Position numbers and translations under genes: made by a program. A DNA stretch of 64,000 nt, from the IMG/VR virus record IMGVR_UViG_3300037504_000379; one strand, given 5' to 3'. The first letter of the stretch is position 1; every line of letters starts with the position of its first letter. This document shows, piece by piece, positions 10,001 to 20,710 of this stretch. The notes below the pieces were generated by a model. It was not told where the DNA came from. It made no database searches and saw only the letters and a list, made by a program, of their open reading frames with translations. The stretch is from an uncultured virus (IMG/VR IMGVR_UViG_3300037504_000379) (lineage: Duplodnaviria; Heunggongvirae; Uroviricota; Caudoviricetes; Crassvirales).

Positions 10001-12069
10001 GGATCACGCATTCCTTCCCTTAAAATTTTAGTAGCACGTTTGGCTGTATTCTCGTCATTTTGGACTTCAATTTCCTCAGTGGTAGTTTTACCCTTTTGCT
10101 GTTCAACTGCCTCTAAAAACGACTCTCTAGTATCATATTGAGTATCTCCTATTCGGTATGCAGGTTCTCCTTTTTCTGTCTCCGTAAGCTGAATACCTTC
10201 CTGCTTTGCTTCTTGTTCTGTTTCCTGATCTGTCTCTTGCTGCTCAAAAGCCTCTTCTCCCAACTGCTCTTCACTGATCTGGTTAAGCCTTTCATCTATT
10301 TTATTTATCTGTAACTGATAACCTTTCTGTAATCCCTTGTCAGATTTATCCATTTGAGACTGAAGCTGATCACGTCTAACCATAAGCTCAAGGGATTCTT
10401 GCTTAGCTTCCATATCCATTTCTTGCGGAATATGACTATACACTTCCCTGAGATAATCCTTAGCTGCCTTCCTGTCTCTCGTCCCCATCAAACTGCCAAC
10501 CCTTGCCATACCATCACCAATAAGATAAGATGTTATAGCAACGTCCCCAAGTCCTTTACCTATATCACTCGGCTCTATTTGTCCTGCTGCTGCATCAGCC
10601 CATTGCTGGGTAAGTTCTGTCGCAACTTCACCTGCCGACTCTTTAAATCCAGGAGTTGTTCCTTTCGTTATTCGTGCTGCATTTTTCTCAAGAAAGTTTC
10701 TTACATTGTTTTGCATTTCACGCTGAACAACATCCCTGCCTGAACGAGATATGTTCATTCTTATACTCCGCAAAATAGGAAGAGTGGTGGCTGCTTCAAA
10801 AGCAAATTCACTTCCTGCCTTTGTAAGCATATTCATTATACGTGTACCCTCAGTAACATCTTCATCAATTAAATTAACGTATTCCTCAGCACCAACACCC
10901 GATGCTACATAACCAAGTCCTGCCTTACTCCCTATTTGTGGAGCTGCTCCCGTTCCTGCAAAAACTAAAAGTTGTGGTATTTGCTCAATAACGCTTAAGG
11001 CTGCCTTCCCTGTTGCACCTGAAACATCTCCCTTCTCAACAAGTTCTACAATGCTTTCATCATAACGCTGAGATTTATCTCGCATCTCTTCTACCGACTG
11101 ATTTTGAAACTGAGCATATTCTTGCCAATAATCACTTTCTTCCTCATCATCAACATCTGCTCCCAGCAGCTTTTTTGTTCCTTTAATCGTGGCATTATGC
11201 AGCCTCTCTGACAAGGCTAAAATATTAACAGGAACATTATACAACCTTTCAGCACTAGACGCAAGCCGCTCTAAAGCATCTTTAGTCCAAGGGTCTTTCT
11301 CTGCCTCCCTCCTCTGCCTTACTATTTCTTTCAGATTGCTTTTAAAAGTTTCCCGATAAGTCTCTTTCTCTACATCATTAACTGTAAACTTACCCTCTTC
11401 ATCCCTAAAGAGACCAATGTCATCAGCAATAACCTCTATTTCCTTCTCATACTGTTTCTGATATTGCTCTTGCTTGGTAGGGTCATTTTCGATAAGATCA
11501 GTATATGCTTGTTTTAAACTGTCAACTTCATTTTGAAACTTATTTATCTTCTCTGGTGGCGTTAATGCTCCTGGGTATTTTTTTGCATACTCCTTCTGAA
11601 TTGCTGTAGTAAGTTGTGTTTGTAAATCACCCTCTCCATTAAGGGCATTGTCAACATCACCCTTAACATCTTCCTTAGCAAGCTCCTCATCCAATTTCTT
11701 AACAGCACCGGATTCTACCCAAGGATGTTGCCGTTGAGCTTCTTGTTGATCTTGTTGTCTATCTTCGCCAGTTTCTCCTTCAGGTCCTTCCCATTGATTT
11801 TTGGGCGCAACAGATTCGCCAAAAACTTTCGACTGAAAATCTTCTTGGGACATTTTTTTTTTAAGTCCTAAGTTTTCCTTAAAGACAGTAAAGTTTCTTG
11901 GTATATCATCGTACCTCTGAGTGAGAAATCCATGCAATTGTTTCGCCTTCGCATCATCCTGCATGACATTTTTAAACTTATCATAATCAACGGGCGTATC
12001 ATCAAACTCCCTAAGCATAAAGTCATGAAACTCTACCAGTGGTTCTGTATTTTGATCTTTCTTTGCCAT
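7045..12069 (-). CDS. large internal virion / DNA-ejection protein
   Basis: 1674 aa, helical; C-terminal half resembles podophage internal-virion proteins (HARNFVAN, GTFVSFPAEVIRN, LPPWSEN); last of a three-gene block after the tail genes. Confidence 0.65.
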   Translation of the reverse strand: MAKKDQNTEPLVEFHDFMLREFDDTPVDYDKFKNVMQDDAKAKQLHGFLTQRYDDIPRNFTVFKENLGLKKKMSQEDFQSKVFGESVAPKNQWEGPEGETGEDRQQDQQEAQRQHPWVESGAVKKLDEELAKEDVKGDVDNALNGEGDLQTQLTTAIQKEYAKKYPGALTPPEKINKFQNEVDSLKQAYTDLIENDPTKQEQYQKQYEKEIEVIADDIGLFRDEEGKFTVNDVEKETYRETFKSNLKEIVRQRREAEKDPWTKDALERLASSAERLYNVPVNILALSERLHNATIKGTKKLLGADVDDEEESDYWQEYAQFQNQSVEEMRDKSQRYDESIVELVEKGDVSGATGKAALSVIEQIPQLLVFAGTGAAPQIGSKAGLGYVASGVGAEEYVNLIDEDVTEGTRIMNMLTKAGSEFAFEAATTLPILRSIRMNISRSGRDVVQREMQNNVRNFLEKNAARITKGTTPGFKESAGEVATELTQQWADAAAGQIEPSDIGKGLGDVAITSYLIGDGMARVGSLMGTRDRKAAKDYLREVYSHIPQEMDMEAKQESLELMVRRDQLQSQMDKSDKGLQKGYQLQINKIDERLNQISEEQLGEEAFEQQETDQETEQEAKQEGIQLTETEKGEPAYRIGDTQYDTRESFLEAVEQQKGKTTTEEIEVQNDENTAKRATKILREGMRDPVREKYMELKRRLSETQEGENVSDIGREFAQVQDQLSQKDRQNFIIRLKDKQNKYVQRQQGLGEEVEKSEVLNFGMKTTPEIEQDVASSEFVQPGNTAEQNKATKDFREQQPMAKLEKNSFIEFEVNDKKLAHWHRKYLTSRGYIPKEVFNQWVRTQGEVKVYMERVDEMRGKFNKALKETYGKTKLGTPKVSQPQLEKLNEALASLGTIQEFKAPEGTQLKLQLEKRPTRQEVLKKVPERLREPLVEMRNQIDALSKEMIREGLVEGDLAAKINDNLGYYLTRTYKVHNDGKWKLENIPEEIKNRAINTIRKEFPELTQDQVEGRLESLLIKNEMPLQTLNTSKKLGAKDLGILKKRILEDQSIRDLLGEYKDPLYNYSTSVAKMADLISRHKFLSWVREQGLKGDNPFLYETETKGFSTPIAAEGSVTMAPLNGLYTSKELAEAFETFNQSEPLPSLMRGYMMVNSAVKYGKTILSPQTHARNFVANYMFHVANGRMPFSVSEGPMKQAARMLSKKKSDEFKQFYEEALRRGVAAESTWAGEVHDNIKESSKHLENFDKQHDNFYKKIKDKSLRSIEKAYRIEDEAHKLYAFINETDRYRDIYKKKNPDATNEEIEQMAMDRAADVVRNTMPTYSLATSKLMMALRRNPIAGTFVSFPAEVIRNTANTAKIAVEEMRDPDTKSIGRKRLAGLMMAHAIPTMAAIGMRSLAGLDADDMEDIRKFLPPWSENSDILILKDKGRGVYTYIDVGYSDPFNFTKQVVNAAIRGDSVDEAAIDAVREFSEPFIGRELLAGKINDVFNNKKGDTEDKVYNEALPPGDKAKEIIGYLWNGIQPGVVSSAERIHKSFKDYEGYYGKNYDPVNEISALVSGFRVSDVNMKTSFYFKMKQIGDEFASAREIYWDKKGRKGISKEEKEKAYRQANQAAKETIQKANELYKAAGKHKVRYWELDDILEKTKVGDYKAGSDFQRMVRTGFYVPFDKY

Positions 12070-12071
12070 AA

Positions 12072-13547
12072 TTACTCAAAAATAGGTAAATTAGTGCTAC
12101 GTGTTTGTTTACCTTGTTCTGTCTTCAAGCTATTCTCAAAGACATATTGGTTTTTAACCCCAGGGTTTTTATCTACAGGAACATAGACATCAATACCTTG
12201 CTTCTCGCTATACTGAAACTTAATATCATCTCGTGTCTCTCGCCACATTCTCTTGGCTTCCTTCATATTGTCAACATAGTCATTGCTTATATATTGCCTT
12301 AAAATCTCCTTCTTCGTACCCTGAAGTCCTGTCCTTGTGTCTCTATACAGAGATTCCCCTTTCTTGTTTGTTTTCTTCTGTTCTCCCCTGTACGCTTTCA
12401 ACTGAGCATATTCTCCATCTTCAGCCTCAACAATTCCCGTAAGCTGTGCTCTGTTAAAATCTGAAAACTCTCCTGTCTTTATAATCTCTCCACCCTTGCC
12501 GACAACAACAGCATCCTGAAGAGTCTGCTCTATATCTATATTTTCATCATTAATCGCCCAATACTTTACAGATTTTCCATTGTTTAATGCTGGCGTTCTA
12601 AGTGTTTGTTTAACGTCATCCGTCACAAGTATCTTTTTCGCACCACCAACATTAACCTTGCCGTCCTTAATCTTCATCTCATCTTCATCAAGTGACTCAA
12701 CCTTCTTCTCTGTTCTCATTTTAAAGATACTATCTCTATACATATCATAAGCATATTCATGAAGATTACCAACTCCATACGTCTTCCCATTTGCCATCAT
12801 ATACCTATCATTAGGCATTGCCTTGCCATTTTCTCTGAGTTCCTGTAAGCCAGCCATCCTTAACTTATTATTCGTGGCAAGCATATTCCTGAACACTTTC
12901 TTTTGCTCCCGCTCATCTCTTACCCAACCCTCACCGTCTTGAGATGGCTTGTAATAGGCATCTAAAAACGATTGCTCGCTAGTCACCTGTTTATTATCAT
13001 ACTGATTAATCCATGAATACGTAACTTCATTTCCACCAAGAAATTCTTGTCCTTGCTCATTTACCATCTTACCAAAGTCACCAGCTTTTACTTCAATACT
13101 ATATTGAGGTTTGCCACCCTGATAGTTTTTAATACCTTCTCTTGTGTGCTCCATAAAGGAATAAGGATCGCTAAGAACCATTTGCCTGTCCTCAGCATAC
13201 TGCTTACTCCACTGCTGAACCTCTCCTATCTTCTGCTCATATTCATTAGTAATCCTGTTAGCTTCAATAATACCCTGCCAACTATCTTTATCTTCTATTT
13301 GCTTTAGCTTTTCTATAGACTCTCCGTATAACTCTGTGGCAATCCTTTGATTTTCGGAAGCAGCAAAAGAATAAGGCTTAATATTAGCCTGAGACAGATA
13401 ACTCTTCATCATCATGTCCTTACGCTGCTGCTCATGCCGCTTCTTATTCTGTCTATATTGTATTACCCGCTGACCTATTTCCTGAATATTATTTCCTATT
13501 TCGGAAAAATCGGGCACTACAGGTTTGTAAATTAATCCGTTTGCCAT
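12072..13547 (-). CDS. putative internal virion protein
   Basis: 491 aa; position in the ejection-protein block. Confidence 0.55.
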   Translation of the reverse strand: MANGLIYKPVVPDFSEIGNNIQEIGQRVIQYRQNKKRHEQQRKDMMMKSYLSQANIKPYSFAASENQRIATELYGESIEKLKQIEDKDSWQGIIEANRITNEYEQKIGEVQQWSKQYAEDRQMVLSDPYSFMEHTREGIKNYQGGKPQYSIEVKAGDFGKMVNEQGQEFLGGNEVTYSWINQYDNKQVTSEQSFLDAYYKPSQDGEGWVRDEREQKKVFRNMLATNNKLRMAGLQELRENGKAMPNDRYMMANGKTYGVGNLHEYAYDMYRDSIFKMRTEKKVESLDEDEMKIKDGKVNVGGAKKILVTDDVKQTLRTPALNNGKSVKYWAINDENIDIEQTLQDAVVVGKGGEIIKTGEFSDFNRAQLTGIVEAEDGEYAQLKAYRGEQKKTNKKGESLYRDTRTGLQGTKKEILRQYISNDYVDNMKEAKRMWRETRDDIKFQYSEKQGIDVYVPVDKNPGVKNQYVFENSLKTEQGKQTRSTNLPIFE

Positions 13548-13550
13548 ATA

Positions 13551-14345
13551 TTAAAAATTAAAAGTTGGTATATCATAATATCCACCACCAAGACGTGCAT
13601 TAAAATCAGCAGAATTAGCATAAAAATTAGCTCCAGGATTCATTTGCTGCCCAACAGAGGGTATATTAGAAAAAGGATTACTTGTATCCATTTGAGGATT
13701 AATCTGCGACAATGGATCAGGAACCCACGGTTCTGGAGGTCGCTGACTTCCATAAGCCTGATTAACACCAAACTGCGTAGCACCACTAACAACGTCACTC
13801 AATCCAGAAACCATCGTCTGCTGACCTCCTGCATATTCAGCCTGAGCCTGAGCAACCTGTGTCTGCCAGGGCATATATTCATTATACATAAACTCCTGTT
13901 GTTCATATTGAGCTTGCCCGCCAAGAGCCTGTCCATACATCTGCATAGCATTAAGCTCTTGTCTTGCCTTTTGTCTTGCAGCTTCTATCTCAAGCTGTTG
14001 TATTCCCTCAAGTTCCCTTCCTATAATGTCTGTTGTTGCCCCAAGAGCCTCCGTAGATGATCTGGCTGTCTCCCTTACCTTCTGTATGCCTGTGGCAGCA
14101 GATTCTCTTATGTTAGCTTCAATTTGTTGCTGTCCAGGGATGCCTTCTCTCCTTTGAACATCACTTAAATATTGTCCATAAAGGGCGGATAAGTCTTGTA
14201 TGCTTTGTGGAGTATCAAACTGGGGCTGATCAGCCAAAAGCCTGTCACGTTCCCGCTTAGCTCTGTTTTTCTGAATACCTCCAAATATAGACTTACCTAA
14301 GCCTACCACCCCTTGTGCTATTGCCATTGCTGTAACCGGATCCAT
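13551..14345 (-). CDS. putative internal virion / pilot protein
   Basis: MDPVTAMAIAQGVVGLGKSIFGG N-terminus; Gln/Ala/Gly-rich. Confidence 0.65.
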   Translation of the reverse strand: MDPVTAMAIAQGVVGLGKSIFGGIQKNRAKRERDRLLADQPQFDTPQSIQDLSALYGQYLSDVQRREGIPGQQQIEANIRESAATGIQKVRETARSSTEALGATTDIIGRELEGIQQLEIEAARQKARQELNAMQMYGQALGGQAQYEQQEFMYNEYMPWQTQVAQAQAEYAGGQQTMVSGLSDVVSGATQFGVNQAYGSQRPPEPWVPDPLSQINPQMDTSNPFSNIPSVGQQMNPGANFYANSADFNARLGGGYYDIPTFNF

Positions 14346-14393
14346 TTCTTATATATTTTACTCACAAATTTAACAATAAGAACGCTTTACATT

Positions 14394-17300
14394 TTACGTA
14401 GCATACGGGTCTACATATACATCAACTTTAAAAAGCTCAAACTTTTCGCTATCACTGCTGCGAAGCTTAAATTTCATAGCATATCCTCTCATGCTCTCCC
14501 CGTTATAAAGCTCCCTAGACTTAGCCGTATCGCTAGTTGTTTTCATATTACCAAGTATCTCGCTCTTATACACTCCATCCTGTAATACAAAATGATTTGT
14601 GTTAAGCTTAGAAAACTTCTCGTTTATTGTCGTACTGTTCTTCGCTATAGTCATCTCAGGAACACTAAATTGAGTGGTGGCATGAATAGCCATAGCATCA
14701 AACACCTTTTGTATTCCAGGCATTATATTAGCCACAAACTCAGCCTCAAAGTTCTTTTGTGTACCATAAAAATTATTGTAATTGGCTGTACCAGATGTAT
14801 CCTCTCCTCTGCCATGTAAATAAATATTACCATCCGATTCATTGCTAGAGAGAAGGGCATTGTACCCATAAGCATATCCTGTTGGCTGTATATCAAGAAA
14901 CCCCACCCAACGATTCGAGGGTTCATGAAACATTACTGTCCTATATGGAACAACACTGGAATCAAGATTGTCTTGCAGGAATGAAAAATATACAAGTTCA
15001 TACTTCTCATCATAGGCTGCTATCACATCATCACTACCTTTTAATATACCATTATCTCTCACCTCTTTGGCAACATCCCTAAAGTATTTACCCATCTTAT
15101 AATCCGATACGCCACCACGAACTACAGACTTGCCCGAAATATTATATACACCATTGTTTGTATCACGCCAAACAACACCATTATATACGTCAAATCCATA
15201 CCTATATCCATAAGGAGAGTCAACCATTGACTTTGGATAAACAGTGCCAAAATCAGTCTGAGATTGTCTCATGCGTCCAAACATTTCATTTCCTTGCGGA
15301 TAAAAACTTGTTATCTTTTTAGCCTGTACAACCTTAAGCGTATTGCCACTCTTCCATATCCCATATATATCACCATATTCTTCTGTAAGATATATTACAT
15401 TATTCAAGTCGGCTTGCGATAATCCATTTATCTCCGTTCCCTCAATATGATTGTTTGTATATACGAGATTAGATTGCTTAATTCCTTTCTCTGTGGTTGT
15501 TTTTACAAATACATTACCAATATCATAACTATCACTCTTAAAATCATGGGTTATGTGAGAATCCTCCACCCAATCCACCACTTTGTTGCCTGTATCGTTT
15601 ATGGACTTGCCTGTATAAAATGGTCTTAGCTTATACCAACAATCATTAGGAGTAATCGTAAAGCTAGTATCGGAATGAGCACCAGCAGTAATAGGATAAA
15701 TATAGCTTGTCTCATAAAATATATTACCCCCATCGCTATAACTAGGTCGATACACTTCAATAAGAGCATTATCCCACTTACTCTTTTGCACCACTTCCGT
15801 AAAGCCATCTTGGTTTGGAGGCTTAACCTTGAGCCATAATCCCGAATACGTTGTTGGGGTTTCTGTTGTATAATCATCAGCATAATCTATACTATCTAAA
15901 ACATCCTCCACCTGTAAGTCCAAGACATCGTCAACATAATTAGTACTATCATAATCTGCTATAGAGTCTGCATTTGTATTACCCGCCTTAAGCAGTCTTA
16001 TTCGATCGTTCTTACTAAACTGATATTGCTTAACATTTTGCAATGCCCGCTTATACAGGTTAGTTAGTTCATATTTTTTAAGCTCTACCTTTCTCTCCAA
16101 GCTTCTTATCTCCTCATTTGCTCTGTCAACTGCTCCCTGGTCTAAATTATTTTGATCTCCCCATAAACCAAGTAATCTGCCTCCCTCCTGAATAGCTGTA
16201 AACGGACTAACTAATTTCCAGGGCTTTATGCTTTTGCCTGCGTTTTTAAATAAATTATTTTTCTTTGTTTCAAGTTCATTAATCTCTTTCTCTAACTCTT
16301 CTATATCTTCCTCTACAACATCTTGCAACACACTCGTAGTTAACCCTAATAATAAAGCAATATATCCCGTAGAACTGCCCTTCTCATCCAAATAAGGCAT
16401 TGAATACAATATAGGTACTTGTATAAACTGATGATCCTGATAAGACATCAATATTTGATAATAACTAGCCCATGAAGGAGGACTGTGATTGATTGCCACA
16501 TCTAATTTCACCTGACCCTTGCCTATACCAGGATCAGACAAATCCTTTACCCTAAACTCACACGCACTATTTGTGAGCGGCTCTCCACGTCTTCCATAAT
16601 CATCTATATACTGAATAGCACCCTGTCTTGTCCTACCCCTCTTTAACGAAGGCTTAACACTTTCAGACAATATCCACGCATAACTATCAGTCTTTTCCGG
16701 CGTAACAACTTGTCCTGGCAATGTTATATTTTCAGAAATATCATAAACATAAGTCATCGTAACAACATCAGTTGTACTGTTGTAAGAAGCACTTGTCTCA
16801 CTACCCGTTTCCCCACTATCCAATGTCGTAATAGGACTCTTGCTTACATTTTTTTCATAATCAAAGCCATCATTTTCATCAAAAGCAATATAGGTTAATA
16901 TATTCGTACCAAAAGTATCCTTTGCAACATCAGTATCCAATACTATAAAATCATCCACAATATTATCTACACTATTACTTCCCAACCCACCAGGATCAGG
17001 AGCATACAGCGTGCCATCACTGCCATCAGCATCTCTGGTAAAACTAACACTTGTGTACGCTTTAATATTGATAATCGTTCCAGCAAGTATTGTTGCTGGC
17101 AAATTAGATAAGTCAAATTTATAATCTACAGCAATTTGACTACTATTCTGAAGGGCTACATTATCAATAGATATTACAATCTCATAAGGCTCATCTGGGC
17201 GTGCAACATAACGAGGTGACATAGACATATCAATATCTATGTCATCATAATCTGTTTGATTTTGACCAAATATTAAACTATTATTGCCATAAGCACCCAT

Positions 17301-18380
17301 GTGATTACTTGCGATAGGAATGTTCTCATAAGGCTTTGCAATTTCTTCATAGGGAATTGATCTATACCCCCCTGTATTATAAAACCTGTAATAATAATCT
17401 GTATCATCTACAAGAGATGTTTCCTCAACAGAGGCAGACACGCTTCCAGCATCTACAGCAAACACATTGTTTGGGTTCGTTTTATCAATAATAGCAATTT
17501 CATACCAATCCTTCTTATTGCCCTCTCGTGCTGCTATTCTAACTTTTTCCACTAAACTACTGCCACTGTTAAACAATATGTCAATATAATTATCCATTGT
17601 GGAAGACCCCAATGTATTTCCGTCATAAGAAAACATTGAAACATTGTAGTTAATATCACTTATATTGCCAAATGCGGATTTTAAACTATCTTCATAAATA
17701 TATTGTTCCCGAAACTGAAACACCTTCCTATAAACATTGCTGCCAGTAAAATCAGAATCATACCCATACTCTGTCGTAATTCTATACAACGGGGGCTTCT
17801 TAATCAAAGACAGCGTAGAAGGTAATATTGAGCTATAAGAAGGTTCTCCTTTATTGTGGGTGTAATTGTACGCCTTAATAATATTTACTGTCTTTGGAGA
17901 GCCACCCCTCTCAAGCCAACAAAGCCTATCACCAATTACTGTTGCATCTATAACATCACTAGAATAATCCAAAGCTTGCTCAGCTTTTAAAATAGGAACA
18001 TATATTTGACCTGCTACAAAAAACTCATATATACTTCCCCTATCCTGTTCAGCTAAAAATAAAATAATACCATTTCTCTTGGGGTCTTTACAATGCCCCA
18101 CTATTTTTGACGCAGGAATATTGCCATCTTGCTCGGTAGTTGTTACTGTATCTAAATCATCTACTACATAGCTGCCTGAATTATCCACAAGAAAAGTAGA
18201 GGCTACGGTTTCTACGTTCTCGTTCCCTGGTGAATTAAGAATTACTCCATCTTCACCTACACCAATCTTTATACCGTTGACTATATAGTGATAATCTCCC
18301 TCCTGAATATATTTATCATCACTATCATAATCCATGCCTCCTATACCCGTGAGACTTTGTATTTGTTTACCATTTGCCAT
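14394..18380 (-). CDS. tail stabilization / nozzle protein
   Basis: 1328 aa, beta-rich, GGMDYDSD start; crAss-like order after the ring proteins. Confidence 0.7.
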   Translation of the reverse strand: MANGKQIQSLTGIGGMDYDSDDKYIQEGDYHYIVNGIKIGVGEDGVILNSPGNENVETVASTFLVDNSGSYVVDDLDTVTTTEQDGNIPASKIVGHCKDPKRNGIILFLAEQDRGSIYEFFVAGQIYVPILKAEQALDYSSDVIDATVIGDRLCWLERGGSPKTVNIIKAYNYTHNKGEPSYSSILPSTLSLIKKPPLYRITTEYGYDSDFTGSNVYRKVFQFREQYIYEDSLKSAFGNISDINYNVSMFSYDGNTLGSSTMDNYIDILFNSGSSLVEKVRIAAREGNKKDWYEIAIIDKTNPNNVFAVDAGSVSASVEETSLVDDTDYYYRFYNTGGYRSIPYEEIAKPYENIPIASNHMGAYGNNSLIFGQNQTDYDDIDIDMSMSPRYVARPDEPYEIVISIDNVALQNSSQIAVDYKFDLSNLPATILAGTIINIKAYTSVSFTRDADGSDGTLYAPDPGGLGSNSVDNIVDDFIVLDTDVAKDTFGTNILTYIAFDENDGFDYEKNVSKSPITTLDSGETGSETSASYNSTTDVVTMTYVYDISENITLPGQVVTPEKTDSYAWILSESVKPSLKRGRTRQGAIQYIDDYGRRGEPLTNSACEFRVKDLSDPGIGKGQVKLDVAINHSPPSWASYYQILMSYQDHQFIQVPILYSMPYLDEKGSSTGYIALLLGLTTSVLQDVVEEDIEELEKEINELETKKNNLFKNAGKSIKPWKLVSPFTAIQEGGRLLGLWGDQNNLDQGAVDRANEEIRSLERKVELKKYELTNLYKRALQNVKQYQFSKNDRIRLLKAGNTNADSIADYDSTNYVDDVLDLQVEDVLDSIDYADDYTTETPTTYSGLWLKVKPPNQDGFTEVVQKSKWDNALIEVYRPSYSDGGNIFYETSYIYPITAGAHSDTSFTITPNDCWYKLRPFYTGKSINDTGNKVVDWVEDSHITHDFKSDSYDIGNVFVKTTTEKGIKQSNLVYTNNHIEGTEINGLSQADLNNVIYLTEEYGDIYGIWKSGNTLKVVQAKKITSFYPQGNEMFGRMRQSQTDFGTVYPKSMVDSPYGYRYGFDVYNGVVWRDTNNGVYNISGKSVVRGGVSDYKMGKYFRDVAKEVRDNGILKGSDDVIAAYDEKYELVYFSFLQDNLDSSVVPYRTVMFHEPSNRWVGFLDIQPTGYAYGYNALLSSNESDGNIYLHGRGEDTSGTANYNNFYGTQKNFEAEFVANIMPGIQKVFDAMAIHATTQFSVPEMTIAKNSTTINEKFSKLNTNHFVLQDGVYKSEILGNMKTTSDTAKSRELYNGESMRGYAMKFKLRSSDSEKFELFKVDVYVDPYAT

Positions 18381-18382
18381 AA

Positions 18383-19147
18383 TTACCTCTTAGGGGTTTG
18401 TTTGAATGTACTATATACGACATCTTTCCATTCCTCAATAGTAGGAGCTTGGAATGCTTTTAACCTTCTCGATTCTGTCTTGTAATTCTTCCAATAAAGC
18501 TGCACTAAATTCTTGTTTACATCTTTGTGCTTTAATGCTTCCTGCCACAACATATACGCCTCTATCAACTCCTGATACTCGACAGGCACTACGGTATTTT
18601 CCGCAAGAGATTGAGAGATGCCAGTAGAAACATAGCGAAGCCATATTTTTTCATCTGCTGTCCGGTCAAAAATTAGCCTACGCTCCTGTTTATCGTCATA
18701 AACATAGTATTCATTTTTGCCTCCGCTTACACCATAACCAGGAAGACCTGTGGCAAGATAATAATAACCATTTTCCTCATTCCAATAGACAAAATCATCT
18801 ATCTCATCAACATCTGACACACTGCCACTCTCATTCTGATGATAAACTATATCATTCCGCTGTGTCACAGGGAAAAGTGTGTTACCCCTGTCATAATAAA
18901 CATTAACTATCCCAACACAATCACTTGGATAATGAAGCACTCCGTTAGTCAGATTTGATAAATTATATTCCTTTGTCGTTACAACACGGGTAGCATGAAA
19001 CTTATTCAAATCCACAAGCCCACGAACAGCCAAGTGAAAAAGTCTCCAATAATCCTTATCTCCCCTTCCACTTATGTGTTGAAAATCTTTAACTATGCTA
19101 TCCAGTGTTGTTGTAGCTGATATATTACTCATTATCCCTGTTTTCAT
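18383..19147 (-). CDS. tail ring / adaptor protein
   Basis: ~250 aa, YPSDCV and VPVEYQELIEAY motifs; position. Confidence 0.6.
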   Translation of the reverse strand: MKTGIMSNISATTTLDSIVKDFQHISGRGDKDYWRLFHLAVRGLVDLNKFHATRVVTTKEYNLSNLTNGVLHYPSDCVGIVNVYYDRGNTLFPVTQRNDIVYHQNESGSVSDVDEIDDFVYWNEENGYYYLATGLPGYGVSGGKNEYYVYDDKQERRLIFDRTADEKIWLRYVSTGISQSLAENTVVPVEYQELIEAYMLWQEALKHKDVNKNLVQLYWKNYKTESRRLKAFQAPTIEEWKDVVYSTFKQTPKR

Positions 19148-19823
19148 TTGTCATAAAATCTGCACTAATACCTAGCTTTCTTAATAGGAATTGAGTAACA
19201 GAATCCACAAGTGTATTAACGCCCCCGACAACACTAGGCACAACCACCTCCTCAGTATCTCCATGTGCATAAAACCTGACAAGAAGCTCCATATCAACAG
19301 TATCATTAGTTGTCAAATTTGTGCCATTCGTTTCATACCACACTACCTGCTGATAAGGATCAAGGAGAGTGGCATTAGCAGCATCGGAAGCCGATACATT
19401 GCTTTCTTGCACTCCACTGTCAAACCAAAACCTTACGGCATCAGCAAAATTAATACTAAGCCTATTCCAGCTTCTGCGCTCAAAGTGTCTTGAATATGGC
19501 TCAAATTTCACCGTTGAATCCGAAGACTTCCATATCTTAGTAACTCCACCCTGAACAGGAAACAGGGGTACTACCTCTTTAGGAAGGATACTAAAAAGCC
19601 TGTTGGTTTGCGTATCGCCATGTACCTCTACATCATAAGATGTTCTCTCACACCCCTCGATACTATCAGGATCAATCTGATAATACGCCCTGTGCATTAG
19701 AAACTCATAATACTTATCAAGCGTATATGCTATAATCTCTGGATGAAAATGTTTCTTTGCCTTATTCAATGGAATTTCACCCATCTGATCTTCTACCAAT
19801 TCTATTAATGCTGTTCGTGTCAT
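19125..19823 (-). CDS. tail ring / adaptor protein
   Basis: Size and position between the other ring-like genes. Confidence 0.55.
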   Translation of the reverse strand: MTRTALIELVEDQMGEIPLNKAKKHFHPEIIAYTLDKYYEFLMHRAYYQIDPDSIEGCERTSYDVEVHGDTQTNRLFSILPKEVVPLFPVQGGVTKIWKSSDSTVKFEPYSRHFERRSWNRLSINFADAVRFWFDSGVQESNVSASDAANATLLDPYQQVVWYETNGTNLTTNDTVDMELLVRFYAHGDTEEVVVPSVVGGVNTLVDSVTQFLLRKLGISADFMTNENRDNE

Positions 19824-19834
19824 ATTATTATGTA

Positions 19835-20584
19835 TTACTGATCTTCTCGCTTCATCATTCCGCTATATTCAAACAAACTTACTTTATCAACACTAAGCCC
19901 ATACATAGCTGCTATCCGTGCTGCTATCTCCAGCTTATCCTCAAGGTTCCACTCCAACTCCACTGTCTGTGAATTGTACGTACCTGAACTTGTCCCGTCT
20001 AAAGCTTCCCCGCTTGTAGAGTTTAAATCCACACTACCTCCCGCCTCAAGATAAACAAACTCATTGTTGCTGTTCAATATATACCCATCCAAATAAGGCT
20101 CTGCTGGATAACGCAAATAACTAAATTCTACACTATCTATTGTAGTAGGGGCTATCCTTAAATAACCATCCCCAAAGACACAAATAGGATTTTTGGTAGT
20201 TGGTTTTTTTATAATTTGCGACAAACGCTCATACCACTCCGCTTCTGTAACCTTCTCTACCGGATAACCGCCATCAGTCTTTATGCTACCAGGCACAAGA
20301 TGAGCATAATCATCAGGCAACAACACATAAGCATCCATATCAAGACTTAAGTCATCTGCCACGCTACCACTCTGAGAAAGCGTACCTTGCTTTATCTTCT
20401 TAAAGGGAGCAAGCGTATCGGTGCTTTTCTGATTCTTTTCATAAAACTTCCAATGATAATCAAAGTGATTGCGGTTAGCTGCCTTCAAAAACCTATTAAA
20501 CTGAGGAAAGCGTAATGCACCCTGCCTATCTTTCTTGGCAAGGTCATTAACAAACTGACGAATATCATTATTGGTAAAACTCAT
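19835..20584 (-). CDS. tail ring / head-tail adaptor protein
   Basis: LPDDY and SYLRYP motifs; position downstream of the capsid gene. Confidence 0.6.
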   Translation of the reverse strand: MSFTNNDIRQFVNDLAKKDRQGALRFPQFNRFLKAANRNHFDYHWKFYEKNQKSTDTLAPFKKIKQGTLSQSGSVADDLSLDMDAYVLLPDDYAHLVPGSIKTDGGYPVEKVTEAEWYERLSQIIKKPTTKNPICVFGDGYLRIAPTTIDSVEFSYLRYPAEPYLDGYILNSNNEFVYLEAGGSVDLNSTSGEALDGTSSGTYNSQTVELEWNLEDKLEIAARIAAMYGLSVDKVSLFEYSGMMKREDQ

Positions 20585-20642
20585 TGACTTATATTTACCA
20601 CAAATTTAAACATTTTCAAACTATGAATTTTACAAAAAGAAA

Positions 20643-20686
20643 AACCCGCACGGGTGCGCTGTTCTTACGAGAAGCGTTGCGGGTCT
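20643..20686 (-). terminator. putative intrinsic terminator
   Basis: ACCCGCA...TGCGGGT stem followed by a T-run on the minus strand. Confidence 0.5.
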
Positions 20687-20710
20687 TATTTGACTACAAA
20701 CCAATAAACA

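Noticed and set aside
11853..11862. A10 run (LKKK) in the 1674-aa gene as a frameshift or phase-variation site
   Set aside because: The gene is open through it and no alternative-frame product is evident.
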